From an uncultured Spirochaetota bacterium (GTDB taxonomy: Bacteria; Spirochaetota; Brevinematia; Brevinematales; JAOACQ01), in NCBI GenBank assembly GCA_963783575.1, contig CAWAOD010000016.1:224001-288000 (forward strand): DNA of 64,000 nucleotides, given 5' to 3'. Position numbers and translations under genes: made by a program. The notes under the pieces were generated by a model that saw only the letters and a list, made by a program, of their open reading frames with translations, had not been told where the DNA came from and searched no databases. This document shows positions 10,358 to 20,786 of the stretch, piece after piece; position 1 is the first letter of the stretch; every line of letters starts with the position of its first letter.

Positions 10358-11851
10358 ATGAAATTAAAAAACATCCTGAGTGGAATAGATACGGTTCTTT
10401 ATATTGAACAGCTTCCTGATGTAGACATTCAGGACATTGATAACGATTCCAGAAACATGGGTAAAAATTCTTTATTTATTGCCGCTTCCGGTTATATTGA
10501 AGACGCTCATCCTTATGTGGTTTCGGCATATAAAAAGGGATGCCGCTACTTTGTTATCGATATTCAAAAATTCGACAGTTTCAGGGATAAATATAAAGGC
10601 GCTTTTTTCATACCGGTCAAACACTTAAATGACGCCCTGTTCAGAATTTCAAAAAACTTCTTTCAGGATCCTTCGTCAAAAATGAAGCTCATCGGTATTA
10701 CCGGTACAAGCGGGAAAACCACGACCGCATTTTCGGTTTATAAAACCCTGCGAATGATGGGAATAAAGGCCGGACTTGTTGGTACTATAGAATACCGGAT
10801 TAACGACCAGGTGATACCCGCGACAAATACAACGCCGGATGTTTTATTCCTGAACCGGTTGATGTTACAGATGGTTGATCAGGGTGTAAAATATATGGTG
10901 ATGGAGGTTTCATCACATTCCCTGGCGCTTGGAAGGGTTGCCGGGCTGAATTTTGATATCTCGGCTTTCACAAGTTTTTCACAGGATCATCTGGACTTTC
11001 ACAATACAATGGAGGAATACCTTCTTGCCAAGTTAGAAATATTCGATTTATTAAGCGAATCAAATAAAGAAAAAAAAGTTGCACTGGTAAACCGTGAAAT
11101 CGATCATTATAAAGAAATTAAAAATTATGCGCTCGATCTTCCATTTATTGAATTTAAAACATATTCTCTTGAAAACGAAAACAGCGATTATTACGCCAAA
11201 ACTCTTGAAATGAACGCCGTTCATTCAACTTTTAAGCTTTTCAATAATCCGATCCGCATATCGATGATTGGTATAACAAATGTTTATAATTTTACCCTGG
11301 TTTCCGCACTTTTGATAGAGCTTGGATTCTCCATCGATCAATTCGGCAATATCCTGAAGGATATATGTGTTCCCGGAAGGATGGAATACGTTCCGAACAA
11401 CAGGGAGATTTCAGTTCTAATCGATTATGCCCATAAGCCTGACGCCCTTGAAAAGCTTTTAATTACGCTAAAAGAAGTTGTAAATAATGAAGGCAGGATA
11501 ATAACTGTTTTCGGAGCCGGCGGAGACAGGGACAAATCTAAAAGATCAATCATGGGAAGAATTGCCGGAAAATATTCTGATAAGGTAATAATAACATCCG
11601 ATAATCCCAGGACGGAAGATCCTTATGGCATAATAAGAGAAATTGAAGACGGTTTAAAAGAATCGGATATGAAGGATTATACTGTTGAAGAAAACCGTGC
11701 AAAAGCCATACGCCTTGCTTTATCCGGTGCGAAAAAGAACGACATCGTTGTAATTGCAGGTAAAGGTCATGAAGATTACCAGATAATAAACAAAACGAAA
11801 ATACATTTCAGCGATCGTGAAGAAGTGGAAAAGTTTTTCAAACAATTTTAG
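10358..11851 (+). CDS. murE: UDP-N-acetylmuramoyl-L-alanyl-D-glutamate--2,6-diaminopimelate ligase
   Basis: GITGTSGKTT, MEVSSH, DHLDFH, DYAH, DNPR, AGKGHE. Confidence 0.95.
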   Translation: MKLKNILSGIDTVLYIEQLPDVDIQDIDNDSRNMGKNSLFIAASGYIEDAHPYVVSAYKKGCRYFVIDIQKFDSFRDKYKGAFFIPVKHLNDALFRISKNFFQDPSSKMKLIGITGTSGKTTTAFSVYKTLRMMGIKAGLVGTIEYRINDQVIPATNTTPDVLFLNRLMLQMVDQGVKYMVMEVSSHSLALGRVAGLNFDISAFTSFSQDHLDFHNTMEEYLLAKLEIFDLLSESNKEKKVALVNREIDHYKEIKNYALDLPFIEFKTYSLENENSDYYAKTLEMNAVHSTFKLFNNPIRISMIGITNVYNFTLVSALLIELGFSIDQFGNILKDICVPGRMEYVPNNREISVLIDYAHKPDALEKLLITLKEVVNNEGRIITVFGAGGDRDKSKRSIMGRIAGKYSDKVIITSDNPRTEDPYGIIREIEDGLKESDMKDYTVEENRAKAIRLALSGAKKNDIVVIAGKGHEDYQIINKTKIHFSDREEVEKFFKQF

Positions 11852-11865
11852 TGTGGTTATTATAA

Positions 11866-12222
11866 ATGCATAACACTTTTTCAGGAACAGCATTAAACAA
11901 TCTCAAAGATTCCATAGCTTACAGCATATGGTTTACGGATTTGCTGATCGATGAAATAAAACCTGAAATGGCTGGAGAATCACTGATTCAGATTATAAGG
12001 GACATATATCTTTTACAAAAGAAAAAATACCTTCACACCGGAATATGTGAAGGATTGGCTGAAATCCAATTGAATCTTACAGAAAATGAGTTGTGTTTAT
12101 TGAATAAAATTGAAAAGTCAATGAGAAAGGAAGAAGAATATTTTGAGACTGTAAAATCCCTGAATTTGCCGGATTTGAAGTCTATCCTGTATAAATTAAA
12201 AAATATATTGCCGAAAGTGTAA
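11866..12222 (+). CDS. Hypothetical protein
   Basis: 118-aa ORF 14 bp downstream of murE on the same strand; no motif recognised. Confidence 0.6.
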   Translation: MHNTFSGTALNNLKDSIAYSIWFTDLLIDEIKPEMAGESLIQIIRDIYLLQKKKYLHTGICEGLAEIQLNLTENELCLLNKIEKSMRKEEEYFETVKSLNLPDLKSILYKLKNILPKV

Positions 12223-12249
12223 AATATTTTGAAAATAAATAAAAATATA

Positions 12250-12278
12250 TTTACATTTTTTATAAACTGTTTTATAAT
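12250..12278 (+). promoter_or_regulatory. sigma70-type promoter for the zinc-ribbon gene
   Basis: tttaca (12250-12255), 17-bp spacer, tataat (12273-12278). Confidence 0.6.
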
Positions 12279-12414
12279 ATGTAAGACCTAAATTATTATG
12301 GTTAAAAGCTGTGTAAAGCTTATCCTCTGATCCCCTTGAAAAAGGACGTCAGGGGGGTAAGAAGAAAGCAGGCTATTTTCTGTAGTAAAAGGTAAATAGA
12401 GAGGAGTAACGTAT

Positions 12415-12702
12415 ATGTTCCAAGACAAAACCCTAGTATGCCGCGATTGCGGTAAAGATTTCGTTTTCAGTGTATCAGAACAGGAGTTCTATGCTGAGAA
12501 AGGATTCCAGAATGATCCGGTTAGATGCCCGGACTGCAGAAAAGCTAAAAAAGCTAATAGCCGTGGAGGCTATGGAAGACAGGAGAGACAAATGTTCGAT
12601 GTAACTTGTTCTTCTTGCGGCCAGCCTACTCAAGTGCCATTCAAACCCAGCAATGACAGACCTGTTTATTGCAGGGATTGCTATACAAAAAGCCGAATGT
12701 AA
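12415..12702 (+). CDS. Zinc-ribbon / CxxC-x17-CxxC domain protein
   Basis: CRDCGKDF...RCPDCR and CSSCG...VPFKP...VYCRDCY; RBS gaggag. Confidence 0.9.
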   Translation: MFQDKTLVCRDCGKDFVFSVSEQEFYAEKGFQNDPVRCPDCRKAKKANSRGGYGRQERQMFDVTCSSCGQPTQVPFKPSNDRPVYCRDCYTKSRM

Positions 12703-12718
12703 ATCTCTGGTCATATCC

Positions 12719-12756
12719 AAAACGCTCCTGAAGTTAAACTTCAGGAGCGTTTTTTT
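12719..12756. terminator. Bidirectional intrinsic terminator
   Basis: aaaacgctcctgaagt-taa-acttcaggagcgtttttt between convergent genes. Confidence 0.85.
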
Positions 12757-13819
12757 ATGGAATTTTTATTACAACACTCGTAAAACAGATATAACAAATC
12801 AGCAAAACAAGGCCTGAAATTAAAAAAGGCATAAAATTCTCTTTATACAATACCCTCCGCTTAATCTCTATCTTAGATTTTTCCAGCTTATCAATGTCAT
12901 CATAAACTTTGCCAAGTGAAGACGGGTCATATGCCCGGTAAAATTTACCGCCGGTTATATCAGCGATAGATTCCAGCGTCTTTTCATCCATGCCTTCCCC
13001 AACCTGAAGGACATATTCATTAAATTCCAGGCTCGCGGGCTGAAGATAGAATTCGGGATTACCCAATCCGATGGTATAGATGCGGATTTTCAAATCACGG
13101 GCTATATTCGCGGCGGAAATTGGATCTATCATCCCGCTGTTATTATTTCCATCGGTTAGTAAGATAATCACTTTGCTTTTTGATTCGGATTGCCTGAGCC
13201 TGTTGATGGAGGTAGCTATGCCCATGCCGATTGCCGTTGAGTCATTTTCCGGATTGTACTGAATACTATCAATGATCTGCCCAAGCATGTTTTTATCCAG
13301 AGTAAGGGGGCATTTGGTATAGCTGTACCCGGCAAAAACAACCACGCCGATCCGGTTAAAAGTCTGCTTGTTTACATATTGAGTAATTACATCTTTTGCG
13401 GAGTTTATGCGGTCATATTTTATAAGTTTATGTGCCTGATCATAGTATACCCGCTGGCCCATAATATCTTTATACGGCGTTTTTGAAGGAAGAGTATCCA
13501 CATCCATCATACTTCCGGAAACGTCGATGGCAAGAATAATGTCTATGCCGTAATATTTTTCATTATTGATTGACTGCCCGCCCAGAGGCCTTGCCAGGGC
13601 AATCGTGAAAAAAACCAGGGCGGCAGAGATTATTATATCGGAGACCGGGTGGAATATTCCGGAAAGAAAGGAATTTTTCTTTGAAAAAATATCCGTAGTT
13701 GAAAATAACAACGAGGGGTTCAGCATCATTTTAATTTTTCCAAAGCCTTTATATTTTAAAAAAAGATATATTACAGGTACTATTAAAAATAAAAGAAAAT
13801 AGGGACTTGCAAATTTCAT
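12755..13819 (-). CDS. batA: BatA-like vWA domain membrane protein
   Basis: N-terminal FASPYFLL anchor, ALARP, MIDAS DVSGSM, TAIG, LLTDG, C-terminal TM helix. Confidence 0.85.
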   Translation of the reverse strand: MKFASPYFLLFLIVPVIYLFLKYKGFGKIKMMLNPSLLFSTTDIFSKKNSFLSGIFHPVSDIIISAALVFFTIALARPLGGQSINNEKYYGIDIILAIDVSGSMMDVDTLPSKTPYKDIMGQRVYYDQAHKLIKYDRINSAKDVITQYVNKQTFNRIGVVVFAGYSYTKCPLTLDKNMLGQIIDSIQYNPENDSTAIGMGIATSINRLRQSESKSKVIILLTDGNNNSGMIDPISAANIARDLKIRIYTIGLGNPEFYLQPASLEFNEYVLQVGEGMDEKTLESIADITGGKFYRAYDPSSLGKVYDDIDKLEKSKIEIKRRVLYKENFMPFLISGLVLLICYICFTSVVIKIP

Positions 13820-14751
13820 TTCTTTTCTCCTTCTGCATCTTCAGACCCTACCGGTATGGAAAATATTCCACGCGTCAAATTAACAAAATCAAAACTTTCC
13901 TCAATAGCGGTGTGTTTATGCTCGTTCTCAGGCAAGAATTTAGCGTATTTTACACGGTCACACATTCTAAAAATATGAAAAACGATTTCACATAATTCCG
14001 ACAATGATGCATTTGATTTCAACAGATTTTTAAATTCTCCCATTATTTCTGAAGTCGACATTTCCAGCGCGTTTATTTTAAAAATTCTTTCAATAAAACG
14101 CCTTATAGTTTCAGATATTTCAACAAATATCTCTTTTGAATTATTTTCATCCAGATTAATATCTTTTATCCTGTTTAAACTTGTTATTGCATCATCATAT
14201 GGATCAGTCTTTTCATTGATTTGGTCCTTCATTGCATAATTTTTCCTTTTTAATAATCTGAATATCACAAAACTTATTAAAGATATTATGAGTGCAGCAG
14301 CTATAATGACATAAAGAAGAAAATAATCCCGGATGGCAAAAATATCTTCAATAGGGGCCTTGTTAGTAATATTAACTGCAAGAGGATTTTGAACAACCGG
14401 GTATTCAGGCGTCAGGAATTCATTTGTTTTATTTTCCCTGACGGTCGTGACTCTTATCCCTGGTATGATAAAATTAGATAATTCAAGACTTTTGATTTTA
14501 ACACTAAAAGAATTGTTTGAAATATCTTCTAAAGATATCAATAGCGAGGTTTGAGCAAAATCATAATTTGTCGTTATAACATTCAGTATTTTTTCATTAT
14601 CGGGAAAAGTATAAACCCCTCTGAATTCCTTTAAAAACCTGACCTGATTTGTTTCCAGTAATATCTTTATATCTTTTCTGACTGTCTGTCCATAGAAAAA
14701 TGTAACGGAAAAGATAAACATCAGTATTGCCGAATAAATTATTTGTCTCAT
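13816..14751 (-). CDS. Bat-operon associated membrane protein (signal peptide plus one TM helix)
   Basis: Overlaps the batA start; C-terminal ALEMST...DRVKYAK segment typical of proteins encoded before batA. Confidence 0.7.
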   Translation of the reverse strand: MRQIIYSAILMFIFSVTFFYGQTVRKDIKILLETNQVRFLKEFRGVYTFPDNEKILNVITTNYDFAQTSLLISLEDISNNSFSVKIKSLELSNFIIPGIRVTTVRENKTNEFLTPEYPVVQNPLAVNITNKAPIEDIFAIRDYFLLYVIIAAALIISLISFVIFRLLKRKNYAMKDQINEKTDPYDDAITSLNRIKDINLDENNSKEIFVEISETIRRFIERIFKINALEMSTSEIMGEFKNLLKSNASLSELCEIVFHIFRMCDRVKYAKFLPENEHKHTAIEESFDFVNLTRGIFSIPVGSEDAEGEKK

Positions 14752-14787
14752 TTAAGCTTAATAACCTCTTTTTAATATTTAATTTGG

Positions 14788-14818
14788 TAAACTACCCTCT
14801 TTATCAAGGAGGGGAATT
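14788..14818 (+). repeat. Degenerate AAACTACCC-hairpin repeat copy
   Basis: taaactaccctctttatcaaggaggggaatt resembles the copies at 51588 and 57233. Confidence 0.5.
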
Positions 14819-14856
14819 ATTTTTTATCATTGGATTTTATTATATGTCTTAATTAT

Positions 14857-17043
14857 TTATTTTTTTGCGTATTCGATCCGTTTATGATAGTATCCCGACA
14901 GAAACTTAAAGAATTCTTCAGCTACAATTCTCAAGTCATAAAGAGTTATATCACAGTTGTCGAATTGTCCCTTTTCCATTCTCTTTTTTATAATATCATC
15001 AATTATGTCTTCAATAATATTCGTGGTAAATCTTTCATTATTTTGTGAATATGCCCTGACCGAAGCCTCAATACCGTCGGCAAGCATCAGTATAGCGGTG
15101 CCTTTTGTATGCGGTTTGGGACCCTGGTATTCATAATCCTCAATGTTAACATTCTCATCACCGAAAAGCCCAAGCGCCTGGTGATAAAAATAAGATATCG
15201 CAGTTGTCCCATGATGTTCTTTTATATAATCTATTACTTCATCCGGCAGCCTGTATTTTTTAGCCAGTTCAATGCCTGACTTAACGTGGGATTTGATAAC
15301 GGAGACGGACATTGAGACCTTTATTTCATCATGCCTGTTGTCTCCTTCCTGATTTTCAATAAAATATTGGGGAATTTCAATCTTACCAATATCATGGTAA
15401 TATCCGCCGGCTTTCGCAAGCAGTGAGTCAATGCCGAGTTTTTCAGCCGCAGCCTCGCACATATCGCCAAGTAGAAGCGAATGGTTATATGTACCGGGGG
15501 CTTCAATTTTCAGTTTCTTTAAGAGAGGGCTTGTTGTAGGATTTGTTAATTCTATAAGCCTGAACCTTGTCGGTATATTGAAAATATTTTCCAGGAGAGG
15601 CATTATTCCCGAGCTTATAATTGCGCTGATCAACCCGTTTCCGAATGAAAATAAAATAATGATGATCCATTCATACAAACCCATTTGTGAGATGCCAAAG
15701 TGCCTAACTTCACTGTTGAATATAAAATAAATAACTGAAAATACACATTCGATCAAACCTATAATCAGGGCAATGACAAAGAAATCATTCCTTTTTTTCA
15801 GAAGCTGCGATGTATAAATGGCGGAAAATGAGATAATAACAAGGTTTAAATACGTAATAAAGTCAAATGAGGGGTAAAACAATAAAAAAAATGAATATGA
15901 TATCATAAGAATAATGGCTACTCTTGTGTTATTCAGCAGAACCGGGAGCGATATGGATACAATGGCGAAAGGTATGGCCAGGAAATAAGGAATAAAGGGA
16001 ATTTCACTGTAGATATATATGGAATAATAAATGGCATTTACAAATATAAACCCAAGCATCGCCATATATAAATTGTAGTTTTTTGAAAACGTATCGCTTT
16101 CATATTTATAAAAACGGTAGATCAGGAACAGGTATAAAATCAGTGATAATAAATAATATATCCATAGTTTGGTTTTTAAATCATTTGTTTTATATTCAGT
16201 ATAAGCGATTATCTTTGCGTAGTTTTCCTCTGTAACCGTTTCTCCCCTATGAATTAGAAATTCACCGGCGTTAATCACCCTGTTGTCTTTAAGTTCCTGA
16301 ACTTCCAGTTGAATCATTTCATTCCTGATCTTAGGATCCCTGATTGCAAAAGGACGGGCAACATTAATAAAGATTTCAGAAAGCGAAGCTTTTAAAAGCG
16401 GTTCCATACCCGGGTAAATTCTATTCATATAGGATAGAACAAATTGTATATCAAGAGGATATACAATGGTTTTGTCGATCTGTACTTTTTCTATACCGGT
16501 TTTTTTTACTATTTCATAGTAATTGATACCTTGTATCGGACCCAATTCATCAATAATCGTATACTGGGAGGATATGATCTGGTAAATATATATCAGACGG
16601 TTTATGTATTTACTAATGAATTTTCTGTTTTTTAAAAGGTAATTATAGGTTTCCAGAGTAAACTGAAACTCTTTTTGATTAAAATCAAGTATAAGATTGT
16701 TTTCATCTTCAAGCAGGATATCTGAAAAATGCCTTAAATCATTATTGTAAATTTCCTCATGATTTTCGATAAAACTATAGTATTGCGGATTATTCGATTC
16801 GATCGATCTTACTAATTTTTCCAGTTCGAATTTATCGGAATAAAGAAAAGTGTATTCGGAACGTATCGTGCCTTTGGATATGCTGCCGATTTGATAATGC
16901 TTTATATCCGGTATAAGATGGCTTATTGTTATAAAAACAACAACCAGCAGGTATGTAAGGACAAATAACAATACCTGCCTGTAATTATGTGATTTGAGCC
17001 ATTCAAGTATCCGTCCGGCTATCTGGCTGTAATTTCTTTCCAT
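14857..17043 (-). CDS. 7TM-HD (HDIG) phosphohydrolase, PgpH-like c-di-AMP phosphodiesterase family
   Basis: Extracellular domain and 7TM region, then APGTYNHS, YYHDIGK, EHHGT, LMLAD; lies downstream of phoH. Confidence 0.88.
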   Translation of the reverse strand: MERNYSQIAGRILEWLKSHNYRQVLLFVLTYLLVVVFITISHLIPDIKHYQIGSISKGTIRSEYTFLYSDKFELEKLVRSIESNNPQYYSFIENHEEIYNNDLRHFSDILLEDENNLILDFNQKEFQFTLETYNYLLKNRKFISKYINRLIYIYQIISSQYTIIDELGPIQGINYYEIVKKTGIEKVQIDKTIVYPLDIQFVLSYMNRIYPGMEPLLKASLSEIFINVARPFAIRDPKIRNEMIQLEVQELKDNRVINAGEFLIHRGETVTEENYAKIIAYTEYKTNDLKTKLWIYYLLSLILYLFLIYRFYKYESDTFSKNYNLYMAMLGFIFVNAIYYSIYIYSEIPFIPYFLAIPFAIVSISLPVLLNNTRVAIILMISYSFFLLFYPSFDFITYLNLVIISFSAIYTSQLLKKRNDFFVIALIIGLIECVFSVIYFIFNSEVRHFGISQMGLYEWIIIILFSFGNGLISAIISSGIMPLLENIFNIPTRFRLIELTNPTTSPLLKKLKIEAPGTYNHSLLLGDMCEAAAEKLGIDSLLAKAGGYYHDIGKIEIPQYFIENQEGDNRHDEIKVSMSVSVIKSHVKSGIELAKKYRLPDEVIDYIKEHHGTTAISYFYHQALGLFGDENVNIEDYEYQGPKPHTKGTAILMLADGIEASVRAYSQNNERFTTNIIEDIIDDIIKKRMEKGQFDNCDITLYDLRIVAEEFFKFLSGYYHKRIEYAKK

Positions 17044-17993
17044 GACTCATTCTCTCTCTTTTCATAGATTTCAACAATTTCTTTAACCAGCCCATGCCGG
17101 ACAATATCAGATTGTTCAAAATAACTGAATTTTATTCCCTCTACTTCCTGGAACAATTCTACAGCCTGTTTTAGACCGGATTCCCTGCCATAAGGCAGAT
17201 CAATCTGCGTAATGTCGCCTGTAACCGCCATTTTGGAATTTTCTCCCAGCCTTGTCAGGAACATTTTCATCTGCATTGTTGTAGTATTTTGGCCTTCATC
17301 AAGAATGACAAAAGCGTTGGAAAGAGTTCTTCCCCTCATATAAGCAAGCGGGGCAAGCTCTATTATCTGATCTTCCATCAATGATTTCAATTCATCGGGG
17401 GACAGCATTTCATTAATCGCATCAAAAAGAGGACGCAGATACGGATCGATTTTTTCTTCCAGGGTGCCGGGAAGGAAACCGAGATTTTCACCCGCTTCAA
17501 TCACAGGCCTTGTTAAAATAACCCGTTTAACTCTTCCAATATAAAGAAGGTGTAATGCAAGACCGACCGCAAGGTATGTTTTTCCTGTTCCGGCCGGCCC
17601 AACAGCAAAAACAAGATCATAATTAAGCATCTGCCTGATATATTCTGATTGACGAAGACTTCTGGGTTTAAGCCTTCCCCCTTTTTTTGAAAGGATTAGG
17701 CCTTCTGAAATAAGTTTTTGATTACTGTAATTACCGTATTTATTTCCTTCTTCAATCATTATTTTTATTTCATTATGCGATACCGGCTGTCCTTTTCCGG
17801 TAAGAAGGCTTATATTATGCAGGACATTGCCCGCTTTTGTAACAGTTTCTTCCTCACCTTCGATAACTACCGATTCATTGGAAGGATATATTTTAACATT
17901 CAGAATTCTTTCTATCAGCCTCAGGTTCGCATCATGTACCCCGTATACAATAACAGGATCAGTACTTGAAGGAATGGGGATTTTTACCTTCAT
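17019..17993 (-). CDS. phoH: PhoH-family ATPase
   Basis: GPAGTGKT, LGFLPG, APLAYMRGRT, DEGQN, GDITQIDL. Confidence 0.93.
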   Translation of the reverse strand: MKVKIPIPSSTDPVIVYGVHDANLRLIERILNVKIYPSNESVVIEGEEETVTKAGNVLHNISLLTGKGQPVSHNEIKIMIEEGNKYGNYSNQKLISEGLILSKKGGRLKPRSLRQSEYIRQMLNYDLVFAVGPAGTGKTYLAVGLALHLLYIGRVKRVILTRPVIEAGENLGFLPGTLEEKIDPYLRPLFDAINEMLSPDELKSLMEDQIIELAPLAYMRGRTLSNAFVILDEGQNTTTMQMKMFLTRLGENSKMAVTGDITQIDLPYGRESGLKQAVELFQEVEGIKFSYFEQSDIVRHGLVKEIVEIYEKRENESWKEITAR

Positions 17994-18059
17994 TTATTTA
18001 TTTTTACCTCCAATTATTTTTGTCTTATAAAATATATATTATAGATTTATATCTGTCAA

Positions 18060-18203
18060 TTAGTCGTTTAGTCGAAAGTCTGTTAGTCGATTTGTCAGTC
18101 AGTTAATTAGTCGGCTAATCGGTAGTTGTAAATTGACATGCGGCTATCTGATAGGCTTACTAAATGACTGGCCGACTTTCGACTAATCCAACTAGGCAAC
18201 TGG
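18060..18203. repeat. Long imperfect palindrome built from ~8-bp degenerate tandem units
   Basis: Left arm has TAGTCG-like units and right arm CGACTA/CAACTA-like units; perfect 13-bp inverted repeat ttagtcgaaagtc (18068-18080) / gactttcgactaa (18174-18186). Confidence 0.7.
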
Positions 18204-18310
18204 TCCCGGCTAATTTAATTTTATCTGTTTCTTTATTATATAATTAAAATAATATAAAATATGATTAATGTATTTTTTAATAAATTAATTTCCAGAGTTA
18301 AGGAGCGCTT

Positions 18311-20611
18311 ATGAGTATAAGGATATCAATTTCTGTTTTATTGAGTTATCTTTTGATCTTAACGGCTGGATGCGGCAAGAATCAGGGTTCGGCACAAAAA
18401 GAAAATAATGGAATTTCATCATCCTTTATTGAGGTTAATACGTTAAATGAAAGGACTTATTTCAAAAATGGCTGGAAATATATCTTTGATGATAATAAAG
18501 CTTTTTCCGATGTTGATTTCGATGACTCAAATTGGCCTGTTACAAATTTTCCCCAGGCATCATTTGTTTTTGACAAAACTAAAAGCCAATACTGCTGGTT
18601 TAGATTTACGTTTACTGTTTCTAAAGATCTTGAAAATCAATCGATCGGATTATTCACCGGTAAACTTCCCGATGCCTGTGAGGTTTATTTTAACGGTTCC
18701 CTAATTGGCGGTTCGGGTTCTATGCAGCCGGGAAAATTGTTTAGTGCACCCAATACACCGAGGAGTTTTATACTTCCCAGTAAACTAATCAATATCGGAG
18801 GTAAAAATGTCCTTTCATATAAGATCTATATGATGCGCAGAGTAGGAGTTTTTGCCGATGTTTTTACAACCGATGATAATGACCGTGTCCAGACATATTT
18901 TACAGATTTTTTTCTGAATTCTGTCGTCAGTATGATTGCCAGTATTCTTTCCGTTTTTGTATGCATTTATTTCATACTGCTCTATGTCCGTGAACAGCAA
19001 AATAGGTTTAACCTTTTTATCTCGATTGGTTTCCCTTTAATGGCCATATATTTTTCAACCATATACATTGAGGTTTTGCCAATGCCCTATTTGTTAATGA
19101 TGAAATGCCAGTTTATTTCTCTATACTTGGGGCTATGCTTTTTTGTATTTTATTTTCAAGGTTTTTATCATATTCATGACAATAAAATTTTTAAGATTGT
19201 ACTTTTAACTTTAAATTTAATAGCAGCAATTGTTCTCTTTTTTACAAAAACCATTCAGGATTTCGAGTTTCGGAATGGAACGGTTTTTTATCTGTCTTTA
19301 ATAACCCCGATGCTGATTTATATACTTGTTATAACAATAATTGCCATAAGAAAACGAAACAAATATGCGATATATTTTTTAATCGGAATAATTCTTGTTA
19401 TTTTAGCAGGAATCCGGGACATGGCTTTTGCTATGAATAATTATCAGCCTCGTTTCTGGATGACTTCATGGGGGATGAGCGCATTTATTTTGTCTATATT
19501 CCTGACATCGGCAAACTGGTCGGTAGACAATCATATCGAATCCGATGAAAAATCTAAAAAACTGGAAAATCAAACCGGTATACTTAAAAATATTTTCCAG
19601 AACATTAAGGATATTGGCGAAAGAGTTTCGGAAACCGGAAGATTGCTTGATATAAGCATTTCAGACGCCACTGCAACAGTACAGCAGATGGTCAATTCAA
19701 ACCGGATCATTCTTGATAATATGGGAAACCAGGTTAATACGGTTGAGAAAAATAGTGAAATTATAGGACGAATTGTCAATTCATTCAACGGAATAGTTGA
19801 AGAAGTTGACAGGCAATCCAAATTTGTTGATGAAAGTTCAAAAGTTATTACAGATATTGTTACATCAATTTCTTCTGTTTACCAGATTACAGAGGAGGCT
19901 AAAAAGATTTCCGATACACTTTCAACCGAAGCCGAGGGAGGGAAAGATCTGGTCCAGCAATCCTCTATTGCTATCCATGCCATTGAAGATTCTTCAAACA
20001 GCGTAAAAGATATAGTCGCCGGCATCAAGGAAATTGCCGAGCAGACAAATATTCTTGCGATGAATGCCGCTATTCAATCGGCTCATGCGGGAGAATACGG
20101 TAAGGGATTCGCCGTAGTTGCCAATGAGGTCAGGAATCTTTCAGAGAACTCAGCCGGCAGGGCGGCTGAAATAAATGACCAGATAGATCATATGGTGGAT
20201 AAAATATCAAGCGGTGTTAAGCTGTTTGACAGGGTTAAAGAAAAGCTGGAAAATATCCTAATCGGGACAAAGGAAACAGCGCACCTTATAGGCGATATAA
20301 CAGGTGCTTCTCAGAAGCAGTATAACGGGACAAGTAAGATTCTCTCTTCAATTGATTCTCTTGTGAAAGCGACTGAAAATTTGAAAAATCAAACCCAGAG
20401 GCAACGTGAAGAAAGTGAAAAGATCAAATTATCTCTTCAGGAATTAAAATCTGTTGCCGCAAATATAGAGTCTTCTACCCGCGATCAGAATACCGGCGGC
20501 AATGAGATAGCAAGTATGATTGAAAAAATAAGACATATTTCCGGAGATAATCAGGAAATTCTTCAGAAGCTTGACGGTTTGATTAAGATTTCCGAAAAAA
20601 ATATGGCTTAA
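18311..20611 (+). CDS. Methyl-accepting chemotaxis protein with lipoprotein-like signal, sugar-binding-like domain and 7TM (DISM-like) sensor
   Basis: LTAGC lipobox-like motif, beta-sandwich segment (EVYFNGSLIG), about 7 TM helices, MCP signature IAEQTNILAMNAAI...GKGFAVVANEVRNL. Confidence 0.9.
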   Translation: MSIRISISVLLSYLLILTAGCGKNQGSAQKENNGISSSFIEVNTLNERTYFKNGWKYIFDDNKAFSDVDFDDSNWPVTNFPQASFVFDKTKSQYCWFRFTFTVSKDLENQSIGLFTGKLPDACEVYFNGSLIGGSGSMQPGKLFSAPNTPRSFILPSKLINIGGKNVLSYKIYMMRRVGVFADVFTTDDNDRVQTYFTDFFLNSVVSMIASILSVFVCIYFILLYVREQQNRFNLFISIGFPLMAIYFSTIYIEVLPMPYLLMMKCQFISLYLGLCFFVFYFQGFYHIHDNKIFKIVLLTLNLIAAIVLFFTKTIQDFEFRNGTVFYLSLITPMLIYILVITIIAIRKRNKYAIYFLIGIILVILAGIRDMAFAMNNYQPRFWMTSWGMSAFILSIFLTSANWSVDNHIESDEKSKKLENQTGILKNIFQNIKDIGERVSETGRLLDISISDATATVQQMVNSNRIILDNMGNQVNTVEKNSEIIGRIVNSFNGIVEEVDRQSKFVDESSKVITDIVTSISSVYQITEEAKKISDTLSTEAEGGKDLVQQSSIAIHAIEDSSNSVKDIVAGIKEIAEQTNILAMNAAIQSAHAGEYGKGFAVVANEVRNLSENSAGRAAEINDQIDHMVDKISSGVKLFDRVKEKLENILIGTKETAHLIGDITGASQKQYNGTSKILSSIDSLVKATENLKNQTQRQREESEKIKLSLQELKSVAANIESSTRDQNTGGNEIASMIEKIRHISGDNQEILQKLDGLIKISEKNMA

Positions 20612-20786
20612 ATATATAAAATTTTATATAAAAATTTTATATGTCTCGCCTTGACTTTTAAATTACCTAAAATATAATATATGGGCAGTCTATAAACTGG
20701 AGTTGCTCTTAGTTTTTGCAAGCATAAATGTGAGAAAGAAAAAGTAAAAAATATAAGAATTGATAAATTATTCAACTGGAAAAATA

